Part shown: in pieces, positions 33,379 through 53,214 of the stretch
How positions within the stretch are numbered: the stretch's first letter is position 1
How the letters are laid out: each line of letters starts with the position of its first letter
From: Zootoca vivipara
Lineage: Eukaryota
Direction: 5' to 3'
NCBI RefSeq assembly: GCF_963506605.1
Contig: NC_083288.1
Location: 48,980,001 to 49,044,000, forward strand
Length of the DNA stretch: 64,000 nt
Position numbers and translations under genes: made by a program
The notes under the pieces: generated by a model
Told to the model about the DNA's origin: nothing
Database searches by the model: none
The model's input: only the letters and a program-made list of their open reading frames with translations

Positions 33379-34974
33379 GAGACTTCCCGTCTGCTGCGGA
33401 GCGGAATGGCGGTGTGGTTCCCTGTCGTCTGAATAAAAGACGACACGGTCCAGGCTGTCAGGGCCCCAGGGGTGAGCGCCAGGGCTAGGCGCCCCCCAAA
33501 AAACCCCCATGGGCAAGGGGGGACTCTAGGGGTCCAGCAGAGCGTTGGGAACTCGCCGTAACCCCGATGTCTCGTCGCTGTTTTTGCGAGGGGGAGGGGA
33601 AGAGGCCTGAGTCCGCTCACGGCTCCATTGCACCCTACAGCCAAAGCCACATGCTGTCACCGAAAGCAGTGGATTTTCCAATTGGAGGTAAATAAGCCAA
33701 ATAAAACTTGAAAGAAGAAATTAGGTTTAAAATTTTTGATTTGGCTTCCGATTTCTGCGGACAGGCTCTGCAGGGGAATCTTTTGTGAATGGGAGTAGAG
33801 CATTGGAGGAGGAGCTAATGGAGACTTTTAAGCAACTTTAATTTCAAGAGACTCTCTTTCTTTTGGACACATATTGGCTACAGTTGCTCTTCAGTAGGGT
33901 AACTTCGAGATACAAATTGACAGTAGGACAGAGACATAATTTGACAGATTGATACTTTGGCAGAGTAGAAAGCTAAAGACTTTTGCATGGAAGAGCTTTG
34001 GAAATAGAGGCGTTAAAATTTCCAACCCTGGAATTTGGAGGCACAAAATTGAGGCTAAGCAGCAGAATTCTCTATTCATATTGGGGGAGGAATCCAGAAT
34101 CCCCCAGAAAGAAAGGAGAACCTAGAATAGCTGGAGTTGGACTGGAATATAACTGCCTACTGAGACCAGGGAACTCGATGCAACACTAACTGCCAGCAAG
34201 TAACTTTTTAACACTTTCTGACATCTTTGGAAGCATACCTCTTAAAGTTTAAAAATGGAAGACTTGGACTATAATATACTGGATTAGAAAGTTAATGAAC
34301 TGGACTATAACATATTTGATTGCAATGAAAAGTTCGCTACTCTCCATTCACTGCCACCTTTTTGGAAAGTAAAGGAACTGCTGAAGAGAAGTATATAATT
34401 TTGCATTGATTGTTTGTGTTGGTTTGTTTATCTATTGGTTGTACTTTATGTCTGAATTGTCCTGTTTGATATTGGGCCTGTCAATTCTGACAAGTAAGAT
34501 TTGGCTGTGCTAACTAACTAACTAACCTCTGGGTGTTAAGAGGCACTGAAACATATTGACAACATCCACTTTTATTTAATTTTTATTTTCTGTCTTTCCA
34601 TTTTCTCCTTCTCTCCCTTTTAATTCTTTTTTAAGGATTTGCAGGGGGGTGGGGGAGGCCCAAAAGTGTGAAGGGGAGATTTTACGGTTCAGCTCGGGAG
34701 TGGAAAAATACTTTCACTTCTGGGCAGAACTGAAAAAAACACAGGAGTGGCCTTGAATAGACCATAATAAAGATTTTAATTGTGGGAAAATCCTCTAGTA
34801 CAGACATGCAGAGAATAATATGTATAAATAAACCAGAGAGGGGAAATAAACCAGAGAGGGGAGCTGAGGGAAGTCTTTGGAGGGTGGGGGGAGGGGGGAG
34901 GGGAAAAAGAAAAGTAATTGGCTATATTGGTTGATTATTGGTTTTGTAAAAATTATTCAATAAAAATATATAAA
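33379..34974 (+). mobile_element. Non-autonomous L1-type retroelement, ~1.6 kb
   Basis: 18-bp TSD AAAAGAAATGTGTGTCTT at 33361-33378 / 34975-34992; GC-rich 5' end; G-rich tract, AATAAA and A tail at 3' end; no long ORF. Confidence 0.8.
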
Positions 34975-35264
34975 AAAAGAAATGTGTGTCTTAAACAGGC
35001 AACGCTTTCGATAACAATTTGTTCTACAGTTGTGCTCAGGGCTTTTGGTTTTACTTTTGGAGCAGCCGGTTGCCCACTAAGAACTGGATACTAGACTTGA
35101 TGGTCCACTGGCCTGATCCAGCAGAGCTGTTCTTACGTTCACTAATTAGTTAATTTGTTATCTACTGATTAGTGCTGGTGTTTTCCAGGTCAAATAGGCT
35201 AGGATTTTCTGCCTTGTGTCCCCGAGTGTGACCTTTTTTTTGCTTTCCTTCCAAGGGGTCGAAG

Positions 35265-42581
<7,317 letters not shown>

Positions 42582-43174
42582 CCTCTGCCCCACGAGACAG
42601 CAGCCGCTCCTGGGCTACTCCAGTGGGAGGAGTATCTGCGCAGGCTGGCAAGCTGGAGCACCGGCAGGTTTACAAGCACCAGGCCTGGCGCTGACCAAAT
42701 CCACCCCATGCCCGACGCCAGGCTGGCACTCCTTACTCCCCTCCACTGCATTCCTTGCACAGTCCAGTATGGGCAGACCGCCCTCCTTTTGTGAGTAGAA
42801 AGGAGACGTGCGTCCGCGTAATTATTTTATTCCAGTATTTGTACGCCAGCCCCGCTTCTGCGCTGCACAATTTGCATCTTTCCTTCCCGAGACCAAACTC
42901 AAAAGGGAGCAGGGGAGGCGTTTTCCGTGGGAGCAGCGCCAGAAACTTTTGCACTGTTTGCCGAAACCCAAAATAAAGCCCTTAAAATCTCTTTGTGCGG
43001 ACATGTTTGGAGGAGGAGGAGAAGGAGAGCAATGGGGCGGATGTCATGTTAGATGGGATGTTGCTGAGGCTGAAGAACTAGCACATCTGGAGGAAGGGAA
43101 GGAGGAGAGGAAGAGGTTAAGGTGTGGCAAAGAACAGCGGCCCTTCCTAGGCAAGGGAGGGGGGTGGCAGCCAC

Positions 43175-45951
43175 TCACTGATTCCTGGTGTTGCTAAGGT
43201 ACTGTCGCAACGTGGGGATGAGGGTGTTGTGCCTGGTGCACTGGTATTCTCCCTGTTGGAGGAGAAAGGGGAAGAGGCCTTGGGCTGGCGGAGCCCCTTC
43301 AAATCACACCGGCACACCTCCACTTCAAGCTCAAGAAGGGACACACTCAATGCATCTCCATCAGCCTTATTTAAATATCAGGGCACACGGTACTTTGCAG
43401 AGCGCTAGAGGATAGGTCCCTGCCCTGAGGAGCTTACAATCTAAAACCTGACAGGGAACAGGGAAGCAAGATGCAGCTGTTTCAGCTGCACATGCTTGAG
43501 CTTGCTTACAGTTACAGCACAGCAGCCTTTCGCAACCGAGGGCCCTCAGTTTTGGACTACAACTCCCATCAGCCCCAGCTGGCTGCTCCAGGCGGGGATG
43601 GGGGAATTACGGGCCTGAGCCAACAGCTGTTCCTTCAACATTCATCGGGGACACCAGCCAAGGCCCTGGCCTGACCTGCACTTTCAACACACACCCCCCC
43701 CAAAAAATGGCATGCTGAGTATCTTGCTCCTCACCTTCATGAAAGGGGAATCGCATCCGTCACTGCATGAATCCAGGACAAAATCCTCGACTTCTTCTAG
43801 AAAGAGAACGGAAGGGGTTATGGGCACTTGGCACATCTTTCGCTGCTCCCCTGCATAGCCAAGGCTGCATCTTCTCCCCAGGTCAATGCAAGGATTTTTC
43901 TACCCTCCTTTGGAAAGCGGAGGGATGTGGAAATTGGGGGCAGGCCCGTCAGGTCAGGGCCCTGCAGTTAGCAAGGGGGGAGGGTGGTAGCAAGGAAACA
44001 GAAGTCCCTGCTGAGCTCCTCTAACCCTGGTCATTCCAAACCTACGCCAGGCCACAGCCCCTCCACCCTGTCTGCTCCTGATACACTCCTTCCCTAGAGA
44101 GAAAGAGAGATGTTCCCAGAAACAGGAGGCTGAAATACAGAACGGGGGAAAGCGGGGTGATTTGGGGAGCAGGGAAGAGGTGTCTCACAAGGGAGGGAAA
44201 ACAGCCAGCCCTCAAAAAATCCAAACGCTGGAACTCCCCCCCCCCCGGTGAGTCTTCATGTGGTTTTTCTTCAGCTGCTGGCCTTCCAGCTGCTTTTGGC
44301 TGGGGCTGATGGGACCTGCAGCCCAATGTACATGGAAGGGTACCAAGGCATGGAGGCTGGAGTAAACTATTTGGGGGGGGGGAATACATTCAATTCCCAG
44401 AATTGTACTTGCCCACATAGTGGGGAGAAATTCATAGAAGCAGGACTACCTACCCATTCCCTGGTTGCCCAGTCGACGCCTGGAGGAATCCCTAAAGGAG
44501 GGAGAAAAAGAAGAAGATAGTACAAGCCGTTAAGGGGCAGGGGAACCAGGAAAATGAGGACAAGGAGACACTTACTGTTCCTGGGCGCAGGGTGAACTAC
44601 TCCTGTATGCATGCGCCTGGGAGGGCTCAAGTGTCCTATGTTCCCCCTCCTCCTCGCTGTGAACTAGGGAGCTTGACAGGCGGGGAGAAGGTGGGCGCAT
44701 AGGTAATCCTGGAAGAAGGGCAAGAGGTTGCAAACAAAGGACACACAGGGAAGGAAGGCCAAGGGCCGCAAGGCAAATGTCTTCGTTACCTACCTGCGGT
44801 CTGGTACCCCATGGCGGAGAGGTAGCACGAGAGGATGCTGGAGTCCGGCTGGGGAGTCCGGCTCGGCCCTTGGAGGCAGGCAGTGTCCAGCAGCTAGGGA
44901 GGGGGGAGGCAAAAGTGTGGGCCAAGGCCTGCCCATAAAGCCTGTGCCCTACCATGGAGCCACGGGGCCCCTCCACCCCAGGAGTGCTGAAGGGGGGGGG
45001 CGACGGCAGTGGACTGCCAGCTCACCGCTTGGTTCCAGCCCATGCCCCGCTACTATTGCTACTGCTGCCTGGTACCTGGTGCAAATCGGGCTCTGGGAGG
45101 GTTTTCTCCAGTTGCCACAGGTAATCGTGAAAGAGCTCTTTGACCACCTGCATAAAGGCTTCTCCGTAATCCTTTTCCAGGTGCTCCTAAAAGGCAAACA
45201 TCCAAGAACGTTTGCAATCACCTCTGTCAGAGGTTATTACGGCTACTCCTGAGTAACGACTCTCCACATACTTGTCTTTCAGAGTCTTTAATTTGGTGCA
45301 CATTATTTACTGTGTGATGAGCTGTCGGTTTCATGTCCGCTTATTCCGTGTCAGAATCCGGCACTGCCCCTTTCCGCCCCTTGGACCAACATAAGAGCCT
45401 GGGGACAGCAAAACTCCTCCCTTTCCTCCTCCTCCTTAATTCCGGTGCCGGGGGAAAGGGTCTATGCTCCGTCTTTTCCCTCTCCCCCCTTTCCGTCTCT
45501 CTCTCTTCCCGCCTGTGGAGCAGGGGCTCTCCCACAGGCGGGAAGAAGCCCTGCTCTCCCTCTCTGCTTCCTGACTAGCTCCTTCAGACCCTGCGCTTCC
45601 ATGGCTGCTTGGGGAGGAGCTGCTACTGATGATAGGGGGAGGTTCTCTATACTCTCTCCCCCTTACAACCTCCAACCGAGGCGCTATTCCAACACCCATC
45701 TTCAGAATAGGGATCTGCCTTCTATGAGATTGTCCATTTGCCCCAGCATTTTCTGTTATCGGGTGGGGAGCCCGTGGGGCCCTGCAGAAGTCGTGGCACT
45801 ATGATCATTGGCCATGTAGCTGGGGCTGATGGGAGTTGGGAGACCACAAAGATCTGGTGGGCCAGATATTCCTTATACCTGATCTCTCAACTTAACTGAA
45901 GATGCCCTGATCAAATGTAGGATGTTCTGTATGCAAAGCATGTCCCATTCT

Positions 45952-45984
<33 letters not shown>

Positions 45985-47279
45985 GCCGTCCCTCCCTTCA
46001 CCCCAAGGTCCTAGGGCAGGTTACAGCAACCAGAACACCATATTAACAGCTTAATCAGCTTGCAATCACAAAAACAAGATGGGTCTTGGAAATAGCCCCC
46101 CCAAATGTCAAAAAAACCAGGGTGAAGAGGTGTGTTTTCAGCATTTGCAAGGAGCTGTCTTATTTAGGAGCTGTCACAGAGAATGATCCTTCCTGGGCTG
46201 CAAACCCCCCCCCCAATAGCTTCTGAGGATGGAGGAACTATTGAGCCTGTCCCTTCAATCCCAACTTCTGCCCAACACAGATAAGCAAACCCACAACCAA
46301 ACTTGCATGTTCAAGTGCACCCCAGCCCGACTTGCCTCTCAACATCGCCCCCCAGCCTCACCTGCACATACTTCTCCCTCTCCCTACGGTCACTCAGCAA
46401 CCCAAACACCAGATCCCGGAAGTTCTCCTGAGCCAGCTGCACCATCTTCACGTCCTGAGGCGTCTGGGGTGAAAGGAAAAGATGGCCACAGTAAGAAGGG
46501 ATGGCTGCTGCTTAATGAAAGGCGAACATATAGGCAGACACTCACAGCTTTGGTGTGGGGCTGAGTCTCCCCCTCTGGAAAGAACGTATCTAGATTGTCA
46601 TAGATCTTCCCATTTGGCTGCTCCTCCTGAAGCATGCTCATGATCACCTGATGCAAGAGAGAAAAGAAAAGTCAAGGAGCTGACCTCTATGGTGACCTGG
46701 GAGAACTTGTGGAGCAGGGGTGGGAGGAAAGGATCAAAGAGCCATTCGGTGATAATAAGTGAAAACCAGCAAAGACTGACCAGGCTACTGAGAGATATGG
46801 ACATCAGGCTGGCGCCTTCACCTGACTCTTCTTTGTTTAGGCCAGCCTACCCAAATATTTATAATGTTGACATGTGCTTTAAGCTGGGTTTTTTACTGAT
46901 CATTTTATTGTATTATTCTTTTTGTAAACTGCTTTGAAGCGTTTCCTCCCCCCCCCCCAAGTCAAGTGGTAGATAAGAGAAAAAACACTGGTTATTTTGT
47001 TTTTAACACCCCTCAACCCCGCCAGTGCTATCGCATGACATCTGTACACATGAAAAATGTTGGCCTGAGACCTACCTTTGCCTGCAGGCCCAACTGCAGC
47101 TTGGCAAGGTGCCGGAAGTGCACCAAGTCAGGCGCCGCCTCGTTCACGGCCTCCAGCAGCGCCAGCACGCGGGGGAAGTCGTTGACCTGCTGCTTCTGCA
47201 CCACGTGCCAGGCCGCAGCGGCCACGAGCCGCAACGCGACGCAGGGATCAGGAGCCGCCCTTGCTGCTGCTTCTGCCAT
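43175..47279 (-). CDS. TINF2: TERF1-interacting nuclear factor 2 (shelterin TIN2), tentative 388 aa, up to 12 coding exons
   Basis: Confident exons: 47076-47279 (LRLVAAAAWHVVQ..FPRVLALL..LQLGLQAK), 46546-46647, 46362-46463, 45076-45186 (LEKDYGEAF..LFHDYLWQLEKTLP), 44794-44893, 43735-43796 (EDFVLDS), 43175-43252 (YQCTRHNTLIPTLRQYL*). Tentative middle exons: 44576-44708, 44450-44491, 44189-44315, 44046-44093, 43904-43961, giving a 1167-nt in-frame model. Putative non-coding exon with donor at 49137. Confidence 0.85.
45225..45667 (-). mobile_element. Solo LTR (Gypsy-like), 443 bp, in TINF2 intron
   Basis: TG..CA ends; 5-bp TSD ACCTC at 45220-45224 / 45668-45672; homologous to 61814-62262. Confidence 0.85.
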
Positions 47280-49129
47280 CGCCTGAGGGGAGAAAAAGTA
47301 AGAAGTGAGCGGCAGCGGGAGGCTGGCAACTGCGAGAGACAGTGCGATGTAGTGCCAGATCAGGGTTCAAATCCCCGCATGAATCTTGCGGGTTGACCCT
47401 GGACACCACTCGCTGCCTCTCAGCCAAACCCACCTCGCAAGGTTGTTGTGGGGATTAAATTTGGAAGAGGTGGGGAGAGCAATGTACTCCACCTTTAGCT
47501 CCTTGGAGGAAAAGCTGAGATAGAAATGCAATAAATTGGGGGGGGGGGGAATGCCACAATTAGGACTCAGAAAGACTATTCCTGGCCTAGCTTCTTACAC
47601 CCACAGCTTCCTAGCCTCTTCTGCACTCAGGCAGCAGCTCCATCTCCCCTTCTGACCCCACCCCTTCCACAGAATAAGCCTCCATCCACTTGGCTCACCG
47701 ATTTACTTCGCCCAGCTGCTCCCTAAGGCCCCACTCCATTGCCCATCACACCTCCATTTTGTGTGCCCCTCCCTCCAATGAAGGCAACTCCCACCCCTTC
47801 ATATACCACCACCACAGTGTAGTAGGGTTCAGTGTCAGACTAGTAAGACCTGAGAGACCAGGGTTCAAATCTCCACTTCGCCCATGAAGCTCCCTGGGTG
47901 ACGTAGGAACGTAAGAAGTGCCCTGAAGCTGGATCAGGCCGGAGACCCCTCTAGCCCGGCAACCTCTTCTCACAGTGGCCACAGTGGCCAGCCTGTGGGA
48001 AACCAAGAAGCAGGACCCGAAGCCCAAGAGCCCCTCTCTCCCTCCTGAGGTTTCCAGGAACCGGTGTCCAAAAACTGCCCCGAATTGTGGAGACTGAGCA
48101 GAGGCAACGTGGCTAGTAGCCATTGGCAGCCATCAATTTGTCCGACCTCATTCTCAAGCCACCCGGATTGGTGCCCGTCGCTGGCTCCTGAGGGAGCGAG
48201 TTCCACAGATTAACCTAGCCATCATAATTCATGCAGCTGTCAATAATTTTGTGAGCAAGTCCTTCCTAGCCTGCGAACCTTCCACCCCATCGTGAGATCA
48301 AGCGCCGAGGGCCTTCTGGCGGTTCCCTCATTGCGAGAAGTGAGGTTACAGGGAACCAGACAGAGGGCCTTCTTGGTAGTGGCACTTGCCCTGTGGAACA
48401 CCCTCCCATCAGATGTCAAGGAAATAAGCAGCAATCCTATTTTAAAAAGACATCTGAAGGCCGCCCTATTTAGGGAAGTTTTTAATATTTAATGCTGTAT
48501 TGTTTTGATATTCGATTGGCAGCCGCCCAGAGTGGCTGGGGAAACTCAGCCAGATGGGCGGGGTACAAATAATAAATTATTATTATTATTATTAATCGAT
48601 AATAATGCTACCTCTGGACTTTTAGTCAGCTTTAGCCCAGTGGTTTCTGTTATCTCCATTGCCAGAAAAATTGTACATATTTACACCCCCACCATACGTG
48701 AACATAATTCCAGGTTTTCTGGCATCCTCCTCCAACATAACATCGAATATTCCTTGTTTATTTGATGCAATCTGACCCATGGCTGCTTCCTGAGTGAGAG
48801 AGTTCTGCAGATTAACTGTGTGCTGTGTGGAGAAGGACCTTCGTTTTCTCTGCTCTTCCTGAAAGTACCGTAAGAGCCATTATACAGCGGAACGGACTCC
48901 CTCGGGAGGTGGTGGGCTCTCCTCCTTCCTTGGCAGGTTCCTGCATCGCAGGGGGTTGGGCTAGATGACCTCGGGGGTACCTTCCAACTCTACCGCTCTC
49001 CATGCCAGTCATAATTTCTGCCAACTTCCACTCGGCCTAGCCCACCTCGCGGAGTTGTTGTGGCCACCTTCAGCTCCCTGTGTGGGTTAAAAGGGCGAAA
49101 GAAGCGCAATAAATAAACAAATAAACAAG

Positions 49130-49500
49130 CGTCATACCCTTCTTCGTTGCCCTTGGCAACCTTTAGCCCCCGAACGGGCTTTTGGCGGCTTCACTTCCGG
49201 CTGCGCATGCGCCCTTTTAACTCTTTCCTATCCTCTTTTTCGGGACCCAGAGCCGCTTCGCCGCTCCGACACTCGCTTGGTTCTCCTCCTTCTACGGCTA
49301 ACCCCGGGAATTTCGTTTTTTTATGTCCCGCCGCGCTTCCGGCGCGTTTCTATGGGGATGCGCCTGGCGTCACCCCGGCGCTTTCGTCACATCCGCTGGC
49401 GTTCCGTGGAAACCTTGGAGACGCGCGCTTTCAACACCACCGCCGCTCGAGATGAGCCACACAGCGACCCCTGGCGGTCATTCTGTGAACCGCGGCCTCT
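49130..49500 (-). promoter_or_regulatory. TINF2 CpG-island promoter and non-coding first exon
   Basis: ETS ACTTCCGG next to NRF1-like TGCGCATGCGC at ~49193-49212; RFX X-box GTTGCCCTTGGCAAC at 49146-49160; donor AGG|gtatga at 49137; acceptor at 47282 just upstream of the ATG. Confidence 0.7.
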
Positions 49501-49775
49501 TAGAGCAGCAGCCAACCAGGAACGAGGAGGTGGGTGGAGAGAGGAGTTTATGCAGATTTCAGAGCAGGATGCCCACCTGACCAGGTGGAGGTGGGCGGGG
49601 CCTAGCGCCTTACACCAGCCCTGCAGTGTAGGCCGAGGTTAATATTGCAGGTCGGGGAGCAAGAACATAGTCTACAACTGCCCTGCAGTGTGGCCCAGTG
49701 TTAGTGCTCTGTTGCAGGCTGATCTTTGTGTATACATGAGATCCAATGCACATATTGTAATTATTATTATTATTA

Positions 49776-49823
<48 letters not shown>

Positions 49824-51858
49824 TTATTGTATGCCACCCAGCCACTCTGGGTGGCATACAGCACATTTTTTAAAAAATGCAAAACATTAGACATTAAAAA
49901 TTTCCCAATACAGGGTTGCCTTCAGATGTCTTCTAAAAGTCAGATAGTTCTTTGTTTCCTTAACATCTGATGGCAGGGGGCACCACCACCGAGAAGGCCC
50001 TCTGCCTGGTTCCCTGTAACCTCATTTCTCGCAGGGAGGGAACCGCCAGAAGGCCCTTGGAGCTGGACCTCAGTGTCCGGGCAGAACGATGGGGGGTGGA
50101 GACGCTCCTTCAGGTATACGGGGCCATTTAGGGCTTTCAAGGTCAGCACCAACACTGTGCCGCCCTATATTGACTATATAATTATGACTGTAAGAAACAC
50201 TTGCCAATTGCTGTGTTGGTTGCAATCTCCTGTAATAAGGCTTCACAAGCCGTATAGGAAAAGACCCTGATGTTGGGAAAGATGGAGGGCACTAGGAGAA
50301 GGGGACGACAGAGGATGAGATGGTTGGACAGTGTTCTCGAAGCTACCAACATGAGTTTGACCAAACTGTGGGAGGCAGTGGAAGACAGGAGTGCCTGGCG
50401 TGCTCTGGTCCATGGGGTCACGAAGAGTTGGACACGACTAAATGACTAAACAACAACAAGCTGTTGTACCGCAAAACTGCTCCATGCCCGTCTCCCTGTC
50501 CCGTTTGGATTAGGGTGCTATGTTTGCAGCTCAGTCGCAGCTCTGGTAAAAACTTGGGTTTCTCCACTGATTAATATGGAAGCTGCTCCCAGACTATTGA
50601 AACTAGACAAATGCTAGATGTGCTTGCAAGGAAGTCTCTTGGTGGTGTGAGTGTGTCAGTTGGGGTGGTCCAGTGCTTAATAAAAACCCCTAGCCAGACA
50701 ATGGATGATGCCTTTGCGTCCGTCCCCACCAAGGCTGTGGATTTATATCTGTAAGATGGGAGTCTGGAGTAGAATGGGCAGTTGAAGTGGTCAAACAAGT
50801 CTTTGTTGAGTTAATGGTCCTAGCTAAGCTTGTTAAAGCATCATTTTACATGTCTATATACAGCGGCACCTTCAAACGCTGAAAACGCGGAAGTAAGTGT
50901 TCAGGTTTTCGAACCTTTTTCGGAAGCCGAACGTCCAATGCAGCTGTCAACTATTGTTTCTGGGGCACCTGCATCAATCAGAAGCTGCACCTTGGTTTTC
51001 GAACATTTCAGAAGTCAAATGGACTTCCGGAACGGATTAAGTTTGGCGCTTTTGTTTTTGCTATTTATTTTGCTTTTTTTGTTTATGAGGCTTTTTCGGT
51101 TCATTTGTTTTTGTGACTGCGTGGAACCCAGTTCAGCTACTGACTGATTGATTGTGTGACTGCATAAACGGATAAAATCCCCCCCATCCAAACAATGACT
51201 ATCATCAGTGCAGGTAAGGGGAAAGAATAACTTTAATTTTTATCATTGACAATACTGTCTTATTTATTTTATACTACAGTGTATTGATTATTGCTTTCAT
51301 TTTATAGATCAGGCATCCCCAAACTGCGGCCCTCCAGATGTTTTGGCCTGCAACTCCCATGATCCCTAGCTAAGAGGACCAGTGTCAGGGATGATGGGAA
51401 TTGTAGTCCAAAACATCTGGAGGGCCGAAGTTTGGGGATGCCTGTTATAGATCAATGGCCTCGTTAGATAGTAAAACCCATGTTAAATTGCTGTTTTAGG
51501 GGTTGTTTTTAAAAGTCTGGAACGGATTAGTCCATTTTGCATTACTTTATATGGGAAAGCACGCCTTGGTTTTGAAATGCTTTGGTTTTGGAACGGACTT
51601 CTGGAACGGATTAAGTTTGAGAACCAAGGTACTGCTGTAATTGGTAAAGTACAGATGCATTGTCATAGGAGCAACTAGCTCAGAAGGAAGAGGGATAGGG
51701 CCTTTATTCCACCTCTACATTGCCCCCAAATAAAGCTTTCAAACAGAGATAATCCTGACATGTCTCAAAGGGGGCTGTCTCCCGGTCAAGTAGATGTACG
51801 ATACGAGGCATTCTTATTCAGACTGTGACTATCGAAGAGGAAATAGGAACAGAGTTTG

Positions 51859-52599
51859 CAGGCCCGTCTTAACCACATCCAGCGCCGTGGTGCAAAGGTC
51901 CCTCTGGCGCCCCCTCCCTTCCCAAAATTTAGCTTGGAGCGGAGGGCGCTGTTGGGGCCGCTGCCGGCACTCTCGCTGCTGCCCAGCAGCCGCGAGGAGC
52001 TGGGCTGGCCAGCGAGTCGCTTAGGAGAGGCACGCAACGCTGGGTGAGCGCGGCCCCCTTTGGCCCCGGCCAAGCGAGAGCGACGGCACCCGCCGCAACA
52101 GGTCGCCGCTGCCTGCTGGCTTTGTGCAGCCGCTGCCATCTGCGGCAGGAAGGGAGGCGGTGCGGCACAGCGGCTGACGGGGACCCTGCCCAGCGGTAGT
52201 GAGCCCACCGCTGCCTGCCTGCTGGGCTCCCCTGGGCAGGCATCGGCTGGCGGTGTGGCTGGGGGAGCTCTGTCCGCGCAGTAGCGTCGGCACGGGGCCG
52301 GTAGGAGCCGGAGTCCCGCTCGCCTCCCCCGGAGCAAAGCCGCACCATGCTGCGGTTCCTGCGCAGGACCTTCGGCCGTCCATCAATGCAGCGCTACGGG
52401 TGAGCAGCCGGCGAAGGAGACGAGCGCGACAGGGCGCCCCGAGTGGCCTTGGTGGGAGTTCTGCTGGCCGCGCCAGGCGCCCCGGCACCTCCGCACATCC
52501 CCTCCCTAGCTGTGGCCCCTGGACCTCTTCCCTGGCGCCCTCCAGAGCCCAGCGCCGTGGTTCCCTGCGCCACTAGCCTCTATGGCTAAGGCGGGCCTG
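51859..52599. mobile_element. 741-bp non-autonomous hAT element with captured gene fragment
   Basis: TIRs CAGGCCCGTCTTAACCA / CAGGCCCGCCTTAGCCA (15/17); 8-bp TSD AGAGTTTG at 51851-51858 / 52600-52607. Confidence 0.9.
52347..52510 (+). pseudogene. EPB41L4B: Transduplicated fragment of EPB41L4B exon 1 with premature stop
   Basis: gcaccATG then MLRFLRRTFGRPSMQRYG*AAGEGDERD..., matching the N-terminus of human EPB41L4B as I recall it (MLRFLRRTFGRRSMQRY...GDERD). Confidence 0.75.
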
Positions 52600-53214
52600 A
52601 GAGTTTGTCAGCCTTACTCATTTCAAAGGAAACTCACTTCTCATCCAGTGACGTTTGAAAATTGCGTCTCGCACCCCCTCAACTCTCTAACTGGAAATTG
52701 CTAATCCAAGCAATGAGATGCAGGCCATTACCCCTTTTATATCTCTACTAAGGGTGGCTCTGCTTCAATTTCCTTCCCTGAGTTTCCTTCTGTGGAATTA
52801 CAGCAGCATCCCCTCTCTCCCTGCCTCAGTTTACCTTCAAGACCAAATTTCCCTTCTCCCTTTCCCTCTCCATGACCACATCTCCCCTCCCCACACTTCA
52901 CTTTCCTTCCCCAATGCCATAATGGGTTGTTTCTTTCTCAGCTTCTGAACCTACAAGAGTGTCAGAAATATCTGCTCCTCCAGCTTCTCTTCCACCCACA
53001 GCTTCCCACAAAAAATCCCCTTCGCTTGCTCTCTTGCCTGTGGGGTGGGGGAAGCCTCCTATGGTGCTGGGGACTAAGAAAGGGAGAACACCCCCACCCC
53101 ACCCCAAGCAGGTCATTTTGCTCCCTAACTCTCCTATACTCCTCCTCCTGAAATGACCCAAATGGATACCATGAAAGGGCCAAGTTTGGCTCCATTCACA
53201 TGCCTGGTGTGAAT

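Noticed and set aside
52347-52403. Functional EPB41L4B gene at this locus
   Set aside because: In-frame stop after 18 codons, no downstream FERM exons found, and bounded by transposon TIRs and TSD.
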